From Octopus bimaculoides (taxonomy: Eukaryota): a stretch of DNA of 61,034 bases. The position numbers and the translations under genes are program-made. Below the pieces are notes generated by a model. That model worked only from the letters and a program-made list of their open reading frames with translations. It ran no database searches and was not told the origin of the DNA. This document shows positions 37,914 through 51,203 of the stretch, one piece after another; within the stretch, counting starts at the first letter, position 1, and each line of letters begins with the position of its first letter. The stretch is from the NCBI RefSeq assembly GCF_001194135.2, contig NC_068996.1:25890170-25951203 (forward strand), read 5' to 3'.

Positions 37914-38236
37914 TATATCGTTAAAGAATATTTTTATATGTATAAAATCTAAACAAGCTGAGGGAAGGGACTCATTATAAGTGTAAAGTTGGATATAATT
38001 TCATTGGCAGTGACGCAATGGTAATTTTACTGTAGTTATATATAATACATACATAAAAATGTGTGCGCACGCAGCACACACACACATTAAATATAGCAAA
38101 TTAAATTACAAAAACACAAAAAAAAAATGCAGGGAACGTTCACAGTTGATATTAAGTTGACACTCAAGGAAGGAAAAAAGTCATCGAGTAAAAGTTATTA
38201 AGTAATAATATTATATATTACACACATACACACAAG

Positions 38237-38287
<51 letters not shown>

Positions 38288-39361
38288 TGTGTATATATAT
38301 GTACATGTATACAAATATATGTATACCTATATACAAACATATACATTGATACAGATGTATACATACAAACATATATATATATATATATACATACAGATAT
38401 ATACATACAAACGTATATATACATACGATATATACATATACAGATATATACATATACAGATATATACAAGCATACACAAACATACATACATAGACAAATA
38501 CACACATACAAACTTACATTCAAACATGCACACACACACACACACACACACATATACATGCATACATATATACGTTTAGAGGAAGAGAGAGAGAGAAAGA
38601 GAGCATTGATACACACACATATATAAATATAAAACATATGCATATACACATACATATTTATGTACAAATTATTGACATTTTATAGTGGAAGAAATATTTT
38701 CGTAAGAGGGGTATACATGATAGGGGGCAAAATGTAGTTTATCACACATACAAACACACACACATACATATATATATAAATGTGTGAAAGGTGAGCAAAA
38801 GAAATGGAGTGGGGAGGGAAATGGAAGATATGGATGGGTGAAGGAATAGGGATGAAAGGGAATGGACACAGAAATGAAAGGTATTAGGGTAAGGCAAATT
38901 GTATTTGAGTGTGTACCAGAGAGAGAGAGTTGGGGGGAGGAGGATAGAGTGAGAGGGTGAGAAGAGGGAGGGTGAGAGAAGGGAAGATGGAGGGAGGGAG
39001 GGAGAGAAATGTCATATGAGAACAGACATTTGCACACAGCTTGCACTTCATGCAACACATGATCTCAAATAATCACACTGTAACACATACTCAAATACAC
39101 ACCACCCAAACACATTACACACACAAACATGCAAACGTTTACACATACATACACACATGTACATATATATATACACAGAGTCAACCAATATCTCAATATA
39201 TGGTTAAGCATTATCAAGTTTTGCTATGTGTAGAATTCTGTCTCCAAGAAGACAAAAATGCTTAACATTGTAGTTTCTGTAATGCAATGCTTTATGAAAT
39301 ATTTAAAATATTTACATGCTATATAATTGTATGCACGTGTGCACATCTTTCTGTCTGTCTG

Positions 39362-39408
<47 letters not shown>

Positions 39409-39449
39409 GCACTTATATATGTATATATGCACATGATTATGTATATGCA

Positions 39450-39506
<57 letters not shown>

Positions 39507-39947
39507 GTATGTGTATAGTATATATATTAACCAAAGTGAACAGTATTATATATTCATTATGGCTGATCTTACATAACAATCAGATTATATAACGCTGCAC
39601 TCATCAGAGGTAGCTGTTATGGAATGAAATATATGGGTGCATTTTTTCCTGACGTATGGGCTTTTAGATGATTTACACACACACACACATATATGTAATG
39701 TACACACATGCATGCATACAAAATACATAGTGATGTATATATCTTTATCTAATAACATGCCTATATTCTTTCTCTTATTTGTCAGGTTCAAATATGATTT
39801 CTCCAGTTATCTACCTATCTATCTATGATGAACCTGTATGAATATGATCTCTTCTCTTTTATCTGTGCTACTAGAGTATGAACTTTCAGGATGTCTATCT
39901 ATCTACGAAGAACTACTATGATCTTTTACTTAGTTATATTCATACTC

Positions 39948-40334
39948 ATGGAGGCGCAATGGCCCAGTGGTTAGGGCAGCGGACTCGCGGTCACAGGATC
40001 GCGGTTTCAACTCCCAGACCGGGCGTTGTGAGTGTTTATTGAGCGAAAACACTTAAAAGCTTCACGAGGCTCCGGCAGGGGATGGTAGCGAACCCTGCTG
40101 TACTCTTTCACCACAACTTTCTCTCACTCTTACTTCCTGTTTCTATTGTGCCTGTATTTCAAAGGGTCAGCCTTGTCACACTGTCACGCTGAATATCCCC
40201 GAAAACTACGTTAAGGGTACACGTGTCTGTGGAGTGCTCAGCCACTTGCACGTTAATTTCACGAGCAGGCTGTTCCATTGATCGGATCAACTGGAACCCT
40301 TGACGTCGTAAGCAACAGAATGCCAACAATAAAA
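39948..40334 (+). mobile_element. Young tRNA(Arg)-like SINE (head A, tail X) with a 12-bp TSD
   Basis: TSD ATATTCATACTC at 39936-39947 and 40335-40346; close relative of 34324-34723. Confidence 0.92.
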
Positions 40335-40599
40335 ATATTCATACTCGTTTCTGTATAAGGAATTCATAAATTATTTGATGCCAATAACAATTACCTGTTC
40401 ATCTTTTATCTTTCTTTCATTATCTTTACTGATATGGACTCTTGTTTACTTGGATTTCATTTCCCATTACTTGATGTTGGATTTTGGGTATGCGTTCTGT
40501 CTGAGCACTAATTATGTCTATTATGTATCTTTTGATGTATTCTTACCCATTATATAAATCTATAAATGTGTGTGTGTGTGTGTGTGTGTATTGTTATAC

Positions 40600-40810
40600 A
40601 TAAATCTTGATCTCTAAATGCATTTGTTGATGTGTTATGTATGTGATTGGAAGAAGACAGTTGTATAAAGAAGTGCCGAGCACTTAAAATGAATGATATC
40701 TGAGGAAGAAAGAAACTGAAAAAGACTTGGGACAAGGTAGTGATGACTGATTTTAAGAAGTTGTGTCTAATGAAGGAGATGACCATGTTGACTTGCAATA
40801 CATGTGCAAG
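40600..40810 (+). mobile_element. Decayed RTE C-terminal fragment
   Basis: EEDSCIKKCRALK...KKTWDKVVMTDFKKLCLMKEMT. Confidence 0.65.
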
Positions 40811-41007
40811 CATGATAAAACATATATTGAAGGCAAGGGCACTTGTGATGGATGCTGGGATATATTACACATATGATATACATTTGTGAAAGTGCATGGC
40901 CGAGTGGTTAGGGTGTTGCACTCATGATTGCAAGATCATGGGTTCAATTCTCTGACTGCACAGTGCATTGTGTTCTTCAGCAAAACACTTCATTTCACAT
41001 TCCTCCA

Positions 41008-41520
41008 GGTGTGGTTGTGTGGTAAGAAGCTTGCTTCCCAACCACATGGTTCCAAGTTCAGTCCTACCGTGTGGCACCTTGGGCAAATGTATTCTACTAT
41101 AGCCCTGGGCCAACCAAAACCTTGTGAGTGGATTTGGCAGACAGAAACTGAAAGAAGCCCATTGTATATATATATATATATTCATTTGTGTGTGTGTGTG
41201 TGTGTGTGTGCGTATGCGCGCGTGTGCGTGTGTGTTTGTGTGTGTGTGTGTGTGTGTGCGCCTGCGTGTGTATGTATATATATATACATGTATGTGTGTC
41301 TTTATGTCTGTGTTCATCCCCCCCCCCACCACTTGACAACTGGTGTTGGTTTGTCTACATCGCTGTAACTTAGAAGTTTGGCAAAAGAGACCAATAGAAT
41401 AAGTACCAGGCTTATAAAAAGCAAATACTGGGGTCAATACATACAATTGAAAAACAATTCTTCAAGGTGGTACCCCAGCATGGCCTCAGTCTAATGACTG
41501 AAACAAGTAAAAGATACAAA
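41008..41520 (+). mobile_element. Full microsatellite-linker SINE, inserted after a truncated head-B SINE (40885-41005)
   Basis: Reverse complement of the 2398-2792 family. Confidence 0.8.
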
Positions 41521-42049
41521 ATGTCCACTCAGCTGCAAATGGGTATCCCTGCGACAGAATAGCCTTCCAATTAGGGAAACATTGGCCAGTGGAGTGGCAT
41601 AATGATGCAAAGTGCATTGTGACCGGCGATGTATAACAACATCTGATAGTCTGGTCAACCATGTGACTATACATATATAATATAACCCAAGCCATCCCTA
41701 ATTTGTATAAGCTAAGTCAATACCTATTGCTCCTACTCAGTGTGCCATACACCCTACGAAATGAAAGAAAAATAATGCATCTGTCCCTACTCAATCTCCC
41801 CCTATCCTTACCTTCTATATCTCACTACTCCTTCCTTCCCTATTTTTCCATTTAATCACAGAGTACCAATGAACCTATTGGTATCTGACGTCTTCCATCA
41901 TTACTTTGCAGCATTGCCTGCCATCACTCACTCTTTTGGGTCACTCTTTCACTGACATTTATCACTCTCTTTACATTAATATCTCAGTCCATCAATCACA
42001 CGTGCTCTCCCCTATCAGGTAACATTACTACCTGCTTCTATACAGCCAG

Positions 42050-43140
42050 TTGAAGAATGTGCACACCCCTTCTCTCAGTCTTAAAATATGCACAACTTAT
42101 CTGCCGCTCTGATTGTGAGTACACCCTATCTTCTAGTCCTGCAATGTTTCCACATTGTCTTTCAATCTTGCAATGTGCACATTACTCCTTGTCTTAAAAT
42201 GTGCATATCCCTTCCTCCAAGCATACAATGTGCACACACCTTTTACCAGTCTTCCAATTTGCAAACCTTGTCTGCCAGGCCAAGAATGTGCACAACCCTT
42301 CTCCCAGTTTTAAAATATGAACACCTGGTCTGCCATCCTTTCTTCCAAGCCCGTCTGTCAGTCCTACAATGTGCAAACTACTTCTGCCAGTTCAGAAGTG
42401 TGCACACCTCATTTGTCAATTCCCCAATGTGCATAACATGTCTGCCAGTACTTCAGTATACACATCATGTCAGCCCATGAACTGACAATTTTGTGCATGT
42501 CAGTTCAGCATTGACAATTCAGCACAAGGACAATTCAGCACTTCATGTTTATATGTATATGAAATTTAATTGCATTTATTTTGTTTTCAAAATTTCTAAA
42601 CTTTACAACTCTGTGAAGAAGTAGTAATATTTTAGATTGTCAACACTAACAACCATTGAATAAGTGGTAGCATTTTCAATTGTTAATAATCCAAAAGCCT
42701 TTTTTTCTGTTTATACAATTATACCATTTCATTACTGTTATTTTGCAAACCTAAGATGGTATTTTTTTCCTTTTTAGGATTCTAATTGGTTACAAACATC
42801 TACTAATTTAAAAATAAAAAAGTGGAGTGGATTTTATCAGAGAAAAGAGTTGAGCACATTTTATTAAATGAATTTTGCTATCATTTAGATAGAAAACTTT
42901 GAAATGGAAACAATGCTCTGAATTGTCTTTCCACTTAATTGTTGGTGCTGAACTGTCATGTGTGGAATTGTCTGTCACTCCTAGAATGTGCACACCTTTT
43001 CACCCAAGCATAAAACATGCATACCCCATCTCCCAGTTTTAAAATGTGCATATCCTGTCTGCCAGTCCTACAACGTTCACACATTGCCAGTTTTACAATT
43101 TCCCTACACCTTCATTTAACCTTACAATGTACAATCCCTG
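42050..43140. repeat. Decayed ~28-29-bp minisatellite (AATGTGCACAC...CTGCCAGTC), ~20 units, split by a MITE
   Basis: aatgtgca-like cores recur every 27-29 bp over 42056-42460 and 42984-43130. Confidence 0.75.
42481..42975. mobile_element. MITE with ~60-bp TIRs built from GACAATTCAGCAC subrepeats
   Basis: actgacaatt..catgtcagttcagca..acaattcag..gacaattcagcac at 42481-42541 mirrored at 42914-42975; AT-rich interior. Confidence 0.65.
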
Positions 43141-45935
43141 TTCACAACTGTCTTCTGCACCTCCTTTAAGACTTTAAACAACACATGCAATCTACAGTTA
43201 GTGGCTTGTGCATGTTGTGGCCCATTGTACTATTTCCACTTCTATGAGTTGGTATTATGTTACCTCTCTTGATATCCACCATTACATTACTTATCATATG
43301 TCAATATATGCCATCACTATGGTGAGGAAGTGAGTGTTTCCTAGTGAAGTTATATAGCTGGCTCACTGATGTACAGCCTGAGTTTTCCTCATGAGAAGGG
43401 AATGGTAAATTTAGAAAAAAAGAAAATTGATAAAAAGACAGGAAGAGGAAGGGGAAACAGGAAGGATTGAAAGAGAGGAGAGAAGTGAAAATTGGTTAAT
43501 CAGACTACAGACTGAGGCAGGGATGTATTAAGACTTATAGTTTAACTTTTATGTATGTGGACATGAAGAGAAGGTCTCTTAGTTTTTGAGAAGTTGAACT
43601 GAAATAAATTTGAATATTATTAAACCTCACTGTGGTTTAAACAAGAATGTGAACATATTCTTTCTATACTTATGTTAGTATAGAAAGAACGTTTTCCTTC
43701 TTATTTAACATGCAGTAAAGTCCTTTTTTTTTTTTTTTTTGCAAACAAGTGCTACCAGTTGAAAGCTCCACATACCGGATGCTAGAAAGTTTATGGGGTC
43801 ATCAGGAGAGAATGTGTGCTGTATGTAATAGACATCCGTTGGTCATGGATCTGCACCCAAAGAAATTGTCAACTGCTGATGGTGGCTCAGCATCTTTTGT
43901 GGCTGTACAGGCCCACTTGGGAGTGGCAGTCATGCATACAGTGACTGCATTTGGAGGAGCTCTCTGCTGGCACTACTGGGTTTTCCTTCTGTCAAGTGCA
44001 CTTTTCTTTAGTGGTGAGTTCCTGTTTTTCTTCCACTCACTTCATTCCCTTTTACAGTATTTGTCTCCAGTGTGGGTAATCATTTGCAATTTTCACTCAT
44101 TTCAGGACGTCCAGATCAAACAACTTCACATCCCTCTTACAGATGTCCTTGAAACAAAAATGAGATTGTCTTTGTGTTCTTGTGTCAGTGGCTAATTCCC
44201 TGTACAGGAAGTCTTTTGGGATCTTTCCATCCAGCATGCGATGTACATGACCGAGCCAGCGCAAACAATGCTGCTGGAGCAGGGTGAGAATGGTGGGTAT
44301 CTTGGCTCAGTTGAAAACTTCGGTATTCGTAATGTGATCGGTCCACTTGATATCCAAGATGCGTCTCAAATTACGAAAGGGAAAGACGTTGAGGTGCCAC
44401 TCCTGTCTGTAGTAGAGACTCCATGTCTCACTGCTGTAAAGTAGTGTACTAAGGACGCACGCTTTATAGACAGCAATCTTGGTGTTTGCAGCCAGTTTCT
44501 TTTGTTTTCCCAGTCTCTCTTTGTGAGCCTAGCAAATGTGGAGGATGCTTGGCTGATTTGCCTGTTGATCTCAAGGTCCAGGGAGAGGTGGCAGAGTGAT
44601 GGCAGAATGATGGCAGAGCCAAGGTAGGTGAATTCCTGGACTACCTCCAGCTTATAGTTGTTGATGGTGATGGTGGTGGTGGTGGGGAGTGCCTGACACC
44701 CCATTATTTGGGTCTTCTTCAGACTGATAGTCAAGCTGAATTCTTGACAGGCCTTTAAAAGTTTGTCGCCTGTTAGTACTGCATCATCTGTGAACAGCAT
44801 TTCTTTGACAAGTACCTGGTGCACCATGGATTTTGATTTCAGCCTGATTTGGTGTGGAGGTAAACATCATCAGTTTCAGCATAACTGCAAAGAAGATGCC
44901 AAACAGGGTGGGGCAAGCACACAACCTCATTTCATGCCATTACGCAGGTCGAATGTCTCCAAAGAAGGGCCATCAAATTGAACAACACCTTTCATGTCTG
45001 CATGAAATGATTGGACAATCCTGAGGAGACTTAGAGGACAGCCAATCTTGGCAAAGATTTTGAACAGGCCGTCTCTACTGACTAGGGCAAAAGCCTTTGT
45101 GAGGTCGAAAAATGATGAAAAATGGTTGCCTTTGCTCTTGACATTTTTCATATAGCTGTTGGAGAGAGATCATGTCAATGGTGAAGCATTTTGATCTGAA
45201 ATCGCACTGTAGACTGTTTACAGCCACCTGAGCAAAGACCCTCCCAAAGATGCTTAACAATGAGATGCCTTGTTAGTTATTGTAGTTGCTTTTGTCCCCT
45301 TTGTTCTTATATAGGGTGATAATGCTGCAGTTCCTCATGTCGTGCTGTACTGATCCCTTCTCCCAGTACTGTCACAGTAGCTTCAACAAGTGGCTAAACA
45401 GAACTCTTCTTGCACATCTGATGATTGCTAGTGGGATGCCATCCAAACTTGGTGCTTTTCCAGTGTGTAAGTTGGCAGTGTGTGCAACTCCTCCATGACA
45501 GGTAGGTGCTCTATAGTGTCTAGTGCACTGTCCATGATGTTGTTTTCCTAGGCATAGAGTGCAGAATAATATTCCACCCAACTCTCCAGCTGCTCTCTTT
45601 TGCCCTTGATAACTTCCACTGTTCTGGACTTGAGTGGAGCTATCTTGCTCTGGGTTGGGCCGATGGCTTTCTTGATACCCTCATACATTCCATGAATGTT
45701 GCCTGTATCAAATGACAGTTGGATATCTGCACATTGTTGTAATCAGTAGTCATCTGCACACCATCTCACTGTCATCTGCATGTTGCTCCTTGCTGATCTC
45801 AATGCTTGCCGCATTGCCTGAGTGGGCTGGTGTTTGTGCTTCAGCAGGGGAGCATGTGTCTCTTCCATGGGGTATTGAGTTCTTTCACACTCACCTCAAA
45901 CCAGTCTTGTGTCATTTTCTTCCTCCCCACAAAAT

Positions 45936-45993
45936 CCCTCAGTGTAGTGCCCTCAGTGTAGTGCCCTCAGTGTAGTGCCCTCAGTGTAGTGCC
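45936..45993. repeat. (CCCTCAGTGTAGTG)x4 perfect tandem repeat inside the LINE
   Basis: Four identical 14-bp units plus CC. Confidence 0.95.
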
Positions 45994-46510
45994 AGGGACA
46001 AATATGTCCCTGAGAGAGTTCAATCACTGCTGAGCATTACTATCCAGTGGGTCTGCAAGGGGTGTGTGCATTTTCCAGAGTCTTGAGGAATGCATCTGTT
46101 TTAGCTGGCAGCTGTGTTGCAGTAGCATTGATGCCCTGCTTACCTAGGGGTTGGCACAATGCATCACTTTTGGTTGGAGTTTGAGATTACAGCAAACCAG
46201 GGAGTGGTCTGTGTCACAGTCAGCGCTCTGAAAAGACCAAGTTAGGAAGACATTCCTCAGGCAGTTGCATCTTGTGATAATCAAATCTAGCTGGTGCCAG
46301 TGCCCTGAGTGAGGGTAACACCAGGAGACTCTGTATTGAGCTTTGGCCTGGGAGTGGGTGCTGGTAGCACATAGTCCATGGAACATGCAGAGCTCAAGCA
46401 GCTGCTACCCATTTTCTTTCATGTTGCCAATCCCATGCTGACCCAGACACCTTGGCCAATAATTGTGATCAGCACTCACTCTGGTATTGAAGTTGTCAAG
46501 TAGCACCAGC

Positions 46511-46737
46511 GGTGAGCTAGCAGAAACGTTAACGCGCCGGGCGAAATGCTTAGCGGTATTTCGTATGCCGTTACGTTGTGAGTTCAAATTCCGCCAAGGT
46601 TGACTTTGCCTTTCATCCTTTCTGGGTCGATAAATTAAGTACCAGTAACGCACTGGGGTCGATATAATCGACTTAATCCCTTTGCCTGTCCTTGTTTGTC
46701 CCCTCTATGTTTAGCCCCTTGTGGGCAATAAAGAAAT
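46511..46737 (+). mobile_element. Young Nin-like-domain SINE inserted in the LINE endonuclease, 13-bp TSD
   Basis: TSD AAGTAGCACCAGC at 46498-46510 and 46738-46750; the LINE frame continues across it. Confidence 0.95.
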
Positions 46738-47253
46738 AAGTAGCACCAGCTTTGCCATTTGGGATCACCTGTACTTTCCTAGAGAGCTGATCATAAAATC
46801 TATCCTTGACATCTTGTGAGGAAAAGAGGCTTGGAGCATAAATACTGATAAGGTTGACAGGCCCATCAGAAGTGTGCAATCAAGGTGAGAGTATCTGCTC
46901 TGAACCGACACTGTTGAGTTCTACCAACCTCATGCTCTCTGACTTCATCTATGCCTTTCCCTTGCCCCAAAAATGGTATAGTCTCTTTCATGAAGGGTCT
47001 CCAAATCTGGGAGCTTCATTTCCTGGAGTGCTGCAATGTTCACTGGGAGCCGTAGCAGTTCGTAGTTGATCACTACTGTCTTGCATGTGTTGTTAATCTT
47101 TTGAAGATCCTCTGACAGACCAGTTGTCATGGTCCTTATGATCTAACATCGAAGTCTGAATGCTGGTTTAGGGTCGCTGAAGTTTCCCTTGCAATCTTTA
47201 ATATAAGAATGCAGTTTATGCTGCTTCAAACATGCACACACACACACTGTATG

Positions 47254-47296
<43 letters not shown>

Positions 47297-47335
47297 GATA
47301 TTGCATATTGAGAAAAAGGAGGCAGTTAGAATAAT

Positions 47336-47381
47336 TCTTTATTAGCGCTTTCATTCGTTTATCGAACTCATCAAGACAAGA
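47336..47381 (-). ncRNA. Minimal type I hammerhead-like motif, imperfect core
   Basis: Minus strand: UCUUGU, CUUGAUGA, GUUCG-AUAAA-CGAAU, GAAA, GCGC, UA, AUAAAGA; AGCGCU palindrome in helix III. Confidence 0.6.
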
Positions 47382-48071
47382 TCAAAATGGTAAAAACAGA
47401 CCATTTCGTTGTTCATTTATATGAATTGGATGTTTTTTCTTTGTTTAGAAGAGAAAAATATTTTTGTTTATTTGGAAAAAAGGGGGAAAAAGAGAAAGAA
47501 AAGCAGAGGAGGGAGGAGATAAAAAGAAACAGAGAAAGAGGTTTCAGGACAATTAAGAAAGGAAAAATAATAAAGGATGTGGTAAGGAGTGAGAGAGGTT
47601 TCTTTTCAATTTGATGTGGTCAACGCATTGAAATTTCATTACAAAGCATTATTCTTTTTTTTCTTCTTTTTCCCTTCCGCTTCTTTCCTTTCTCATTGTA
47701 TACCTATCAACATATTTGTAAATAAACACATTTTCTCACAAGGGCTGTGGTATGGCTTCTACAGCTGGATGCTCTTCCTATCTCCAACCACTTAACAGCA
47801 TGTGCTGGCTCCTTTTTATGTGCCTGAAAGGACAAGCCTGTATGTATGGAAGACTGTGATTTTATTTATATATATATATATGTACACACACACATATTCA
47901 GTGAGAAAGATTTTTATCGAAGGTGAAAAGAAATCACAAACTGTTACCTTTGGCATTCAACTGCTATTTTCTCCACCTAGCTTCATACTTATATGCTTGC
48001 ATATACAGACTCATGTGTAGAGTATGTGCTTGTGGGTATACATATGGGTATATATGTATATGTATGCATGC

Positions 48072-48102
<31 letters not shown>

Positions 48103-48573
48103 AATATGCATATATGTGTATGCATATACATATGTGTACACACACACACATGTACACATGTATGCACATTAATTCATGCACACACTCATGTGTGTGTGTG
48201 TGTGCGTGTATCTATAGATATATATATATATATATATATACCAGAGTATGAATGACTGAAGTAAGTTTAACAGATGGCTACCCTTCCTAATACTGTGACC
48301 GTATACAGTTATATGATTGATAAATTATGTGTCGCACAGAAGCTAGTCTTGTAACTAGATACACAAAGTTTCTAGTACCCATCTGACCAGACCATATCAT
48401 GCCATACAAAAACTTAGACTGTGCTAGAGTTTAAACAAGGAAAAACAAAACAAAGCAAAACGTAAAACAATAAAAAGAGTTGTAACTCCTAAGAATTTAA
48501 AGTAAACACTGCAGCCATTCCAACGACATTTGAATTCTACACATGTGTATGTGTCTATACACACACACACACG

Positions 48574-48606
<33 letters not shown>

Positions 48607-49796
48607 TCACACACACACATTCTCACACACACACACACACAAACACTCACACACACTCACACACACACACCTATATATATATAAACAGACAGGCACACAC
48701 ATNNNNNNNNNNNNNNNNNNNNNNNNNNNNNNNNNNNNNNNNNNNNNNNNNNNNNNNNNNNNNNNNNNNNNNNNNNNNNNNNNNNNNNNNNNNNNNNNNN
48801 NNNNNNNNNNNNNNNNNNNNNNNNNNNNNNNNNNNNNNNNNNNNNNNNNNNNNNNNNNNNNNNNNNNNNNNNNNNNNNNNNNNNNNNNNNNNNNNNNNNN
48901 NNNNNNNNNNNNNNNNNNNNNNNNNNNNNNNNNNNNNNNNNNNNNNNNNNNNNNNNNNNNNNNNNNNNNNNNNNNNNNNNNNNNNNNNNNNNNNNNNNNN
49001 NNNNNNNNNNNNNNNNNNNNNNNNNNNNNNNNNNNNNNNNNNNNNNNNNNNNNNNNNNNNNNNNNNNNNNNNNNNNNNNNNNNNNNNNNNNNNNNNNNNN
49101 NNNNNNNNNNNNNNNNNNNNNNNNNNNNNNNNNNNNNNNNNNNNNNNNNNNNNNNNNNNNNNNNNNNNNNNNNNNNNNNNNNNNNNNNNNNNNNNNNNNN
49201 NNNNNNNNNNNNNNNNNNNNNNNNNNNNNNNNNNNNNNNNNNNNNNNNNNNNNNNNNNNNNNNNNNNNNNNNNNNNNNNNNNNNNNNNNNNNNNNNNNNN
49301 NNNNNNNNNNNNNNNNNNNNNNNNNNNNNNNNNNNNNNNNNNNNNNNNNNNNNNNNNNNNNNNNNNNNNNNNNNNNNNNNNNNNNNNNNNNNNNNNNNNN
49401 NNNNNNNNNNNNNNNNNNNNNNNNNNNNNNNNNNNNNNNNNNNNNNNNNNNNNNNNNNNNNNNNNNNNNNNNNNNNNNNNNNNNNNNNNNNNNNNNNNNN
49501 NNNNNNNNNNNNNNNNNNNNNNNNNNNNNNNNNNNNNNNNNNNNNNNNNNNNNNNNNNNNNNNNNNNNNNNNNNNNNNNNNNNNNNNNNNNNNNNTTGCT
49601 CTTTTTTTTTTTTTGCCTGATTTTACAACTATTACCAGCACAACCGCCACCACCACCACCACCACCACGACCACCACCGCCGCTGCTGCCGCTGCTGCTA
49701 TCAATAATCTCAACACACCTATATTACCTATATCACCCCACCATCAGTTCCAGTAGTTCTAACTATGATTAGGCTCACCATCATGACCACCACCAC

Positions 49797-49845
<49 letters not shown>

Positions 49846-50237
49846 ATACTACATACTACTACTACTACTACAAGTATTCAGGAACAAGTGTGTTCTTATA
49901 TGACAAGATGTGAGGAATATATTTGACAATTGGCTTTCAAGAATTTGGTGCTCTGGCGTTACGGATTGAGTGGCAATTAAGAAACAAGATCCCTCATATC
50001 AGAAGGATGTACTTCCATGCAGCTGTTTACCATTTAATTTGCAGCTGCAAATTAGGGCATAATCTATGTTGTAGAAATATATATTTGGCAAACTAGATTA
50101 ACAGCTTAAGGGACGAGTGTGCACCTATGTATGCATGTGTGTGCATGATAGCTTATGTGTACAATGCATATATGTGAGCATGTTGCCTGAGCATGTATAT
50201 GCAAGCATGCATGTGTACATGCATATGCAAGCATGCA

Positions 50238-50272
<35 letters not shown>

Positions 50273-50358
50273 GCATGTATGTTTATGTGTGTGCATAAGT
50301 ATATGCATTTATATGTTCATATGAACTTATGCATGCATGCATGTGTGTGTGTGTGCAT

Positions 50359-50399
<41 letters not shown>

Positions 50400-50759
50400 T
50401 GCAGTATTGAATATTCATGCTTCTACTATTGTTTACTTTGTAAATAAATTTTAATTAAAAGTGCAACAAAAGCATGATTTGCAGAATGATAATTAACAAT
50501 TGGACATACGGTAATTGTCAAAAAACATAGATTTTCATTAAAGTTCTTTTAAGTTTAATAATCATAGATATATTCAAGTTAGCTTGTTAGGTATAACAAA
50601 GAAATATCAGACTGAGTCTGTTTAGAGGCTTTCTCAATGGAACCAATGTCTCAGTATTCCCAACACAGTTTTATTCTTGTGTTGAAGCATCAACGTGTAT
50701 TGAGTGCATGCTAAATAGATTTGCTGCCAAGGAACACCTTCCAGTAAGCTATGTAGTAC

Positions 50760-51170
50760 CATTTTATCTGCAAATATCACCATGGTTCTGGGTTCAGTCC
50801 CACTGCTTGGAAACTTGGGTAAACATCTTCTACTATAGCTGCAGGACAACCAAAGCATTGTGAGTGGATTTGGTAGATGGAAACTGAAAGAAGCCCATTG
50901 TGTCATCATTATCAACATCATTTAACGTCTGTTGTCTGTTGTCCATGGGTTAGATGGTTTGACAGGAGCTGGCCAGCTGAAGAGCTGCCTGGGCTCCATG
51001 TCTGTTTTGGCATGGTTTCTATGGCTGCATGCCCTTCCTAATACCAACCACTTTACTGAGTGTACTGGGTGCCTTTAGACAGCACCAGCACAAGATTAAG
51101 ACCACTCAGCTGAAAAGGGATGTCGGGGACATGCCTATAAGCAAGGACAACAATGATTTTACTTAGCTTG

Positions 51171-51203
<33 letters not shown>

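Larger units (their letters stand above)
43828..47215 (-). mobile_element. Near full-length decayed RTE/BovB-like LINE (APE endonuclease plus RT)
   Basis: Ordered fragments VNIAALQE, ISIYAPS, LLDNFNTRV, SWCYPHSGHWHQLDL, GKAPSLDGIP, FFDLTKAF, MLFTDD, FTYLGS and the C-terminal CHSQVGLYSH; many stops and frameshifts. Confidence 0.95.

Noticed and set aside
45936-45993. Short exact repeats considered as a CRISPR-like array (also 29790-29907)
   Set aside because: Head-to-tail tandem units without spacers, in eukaryotic DNA.
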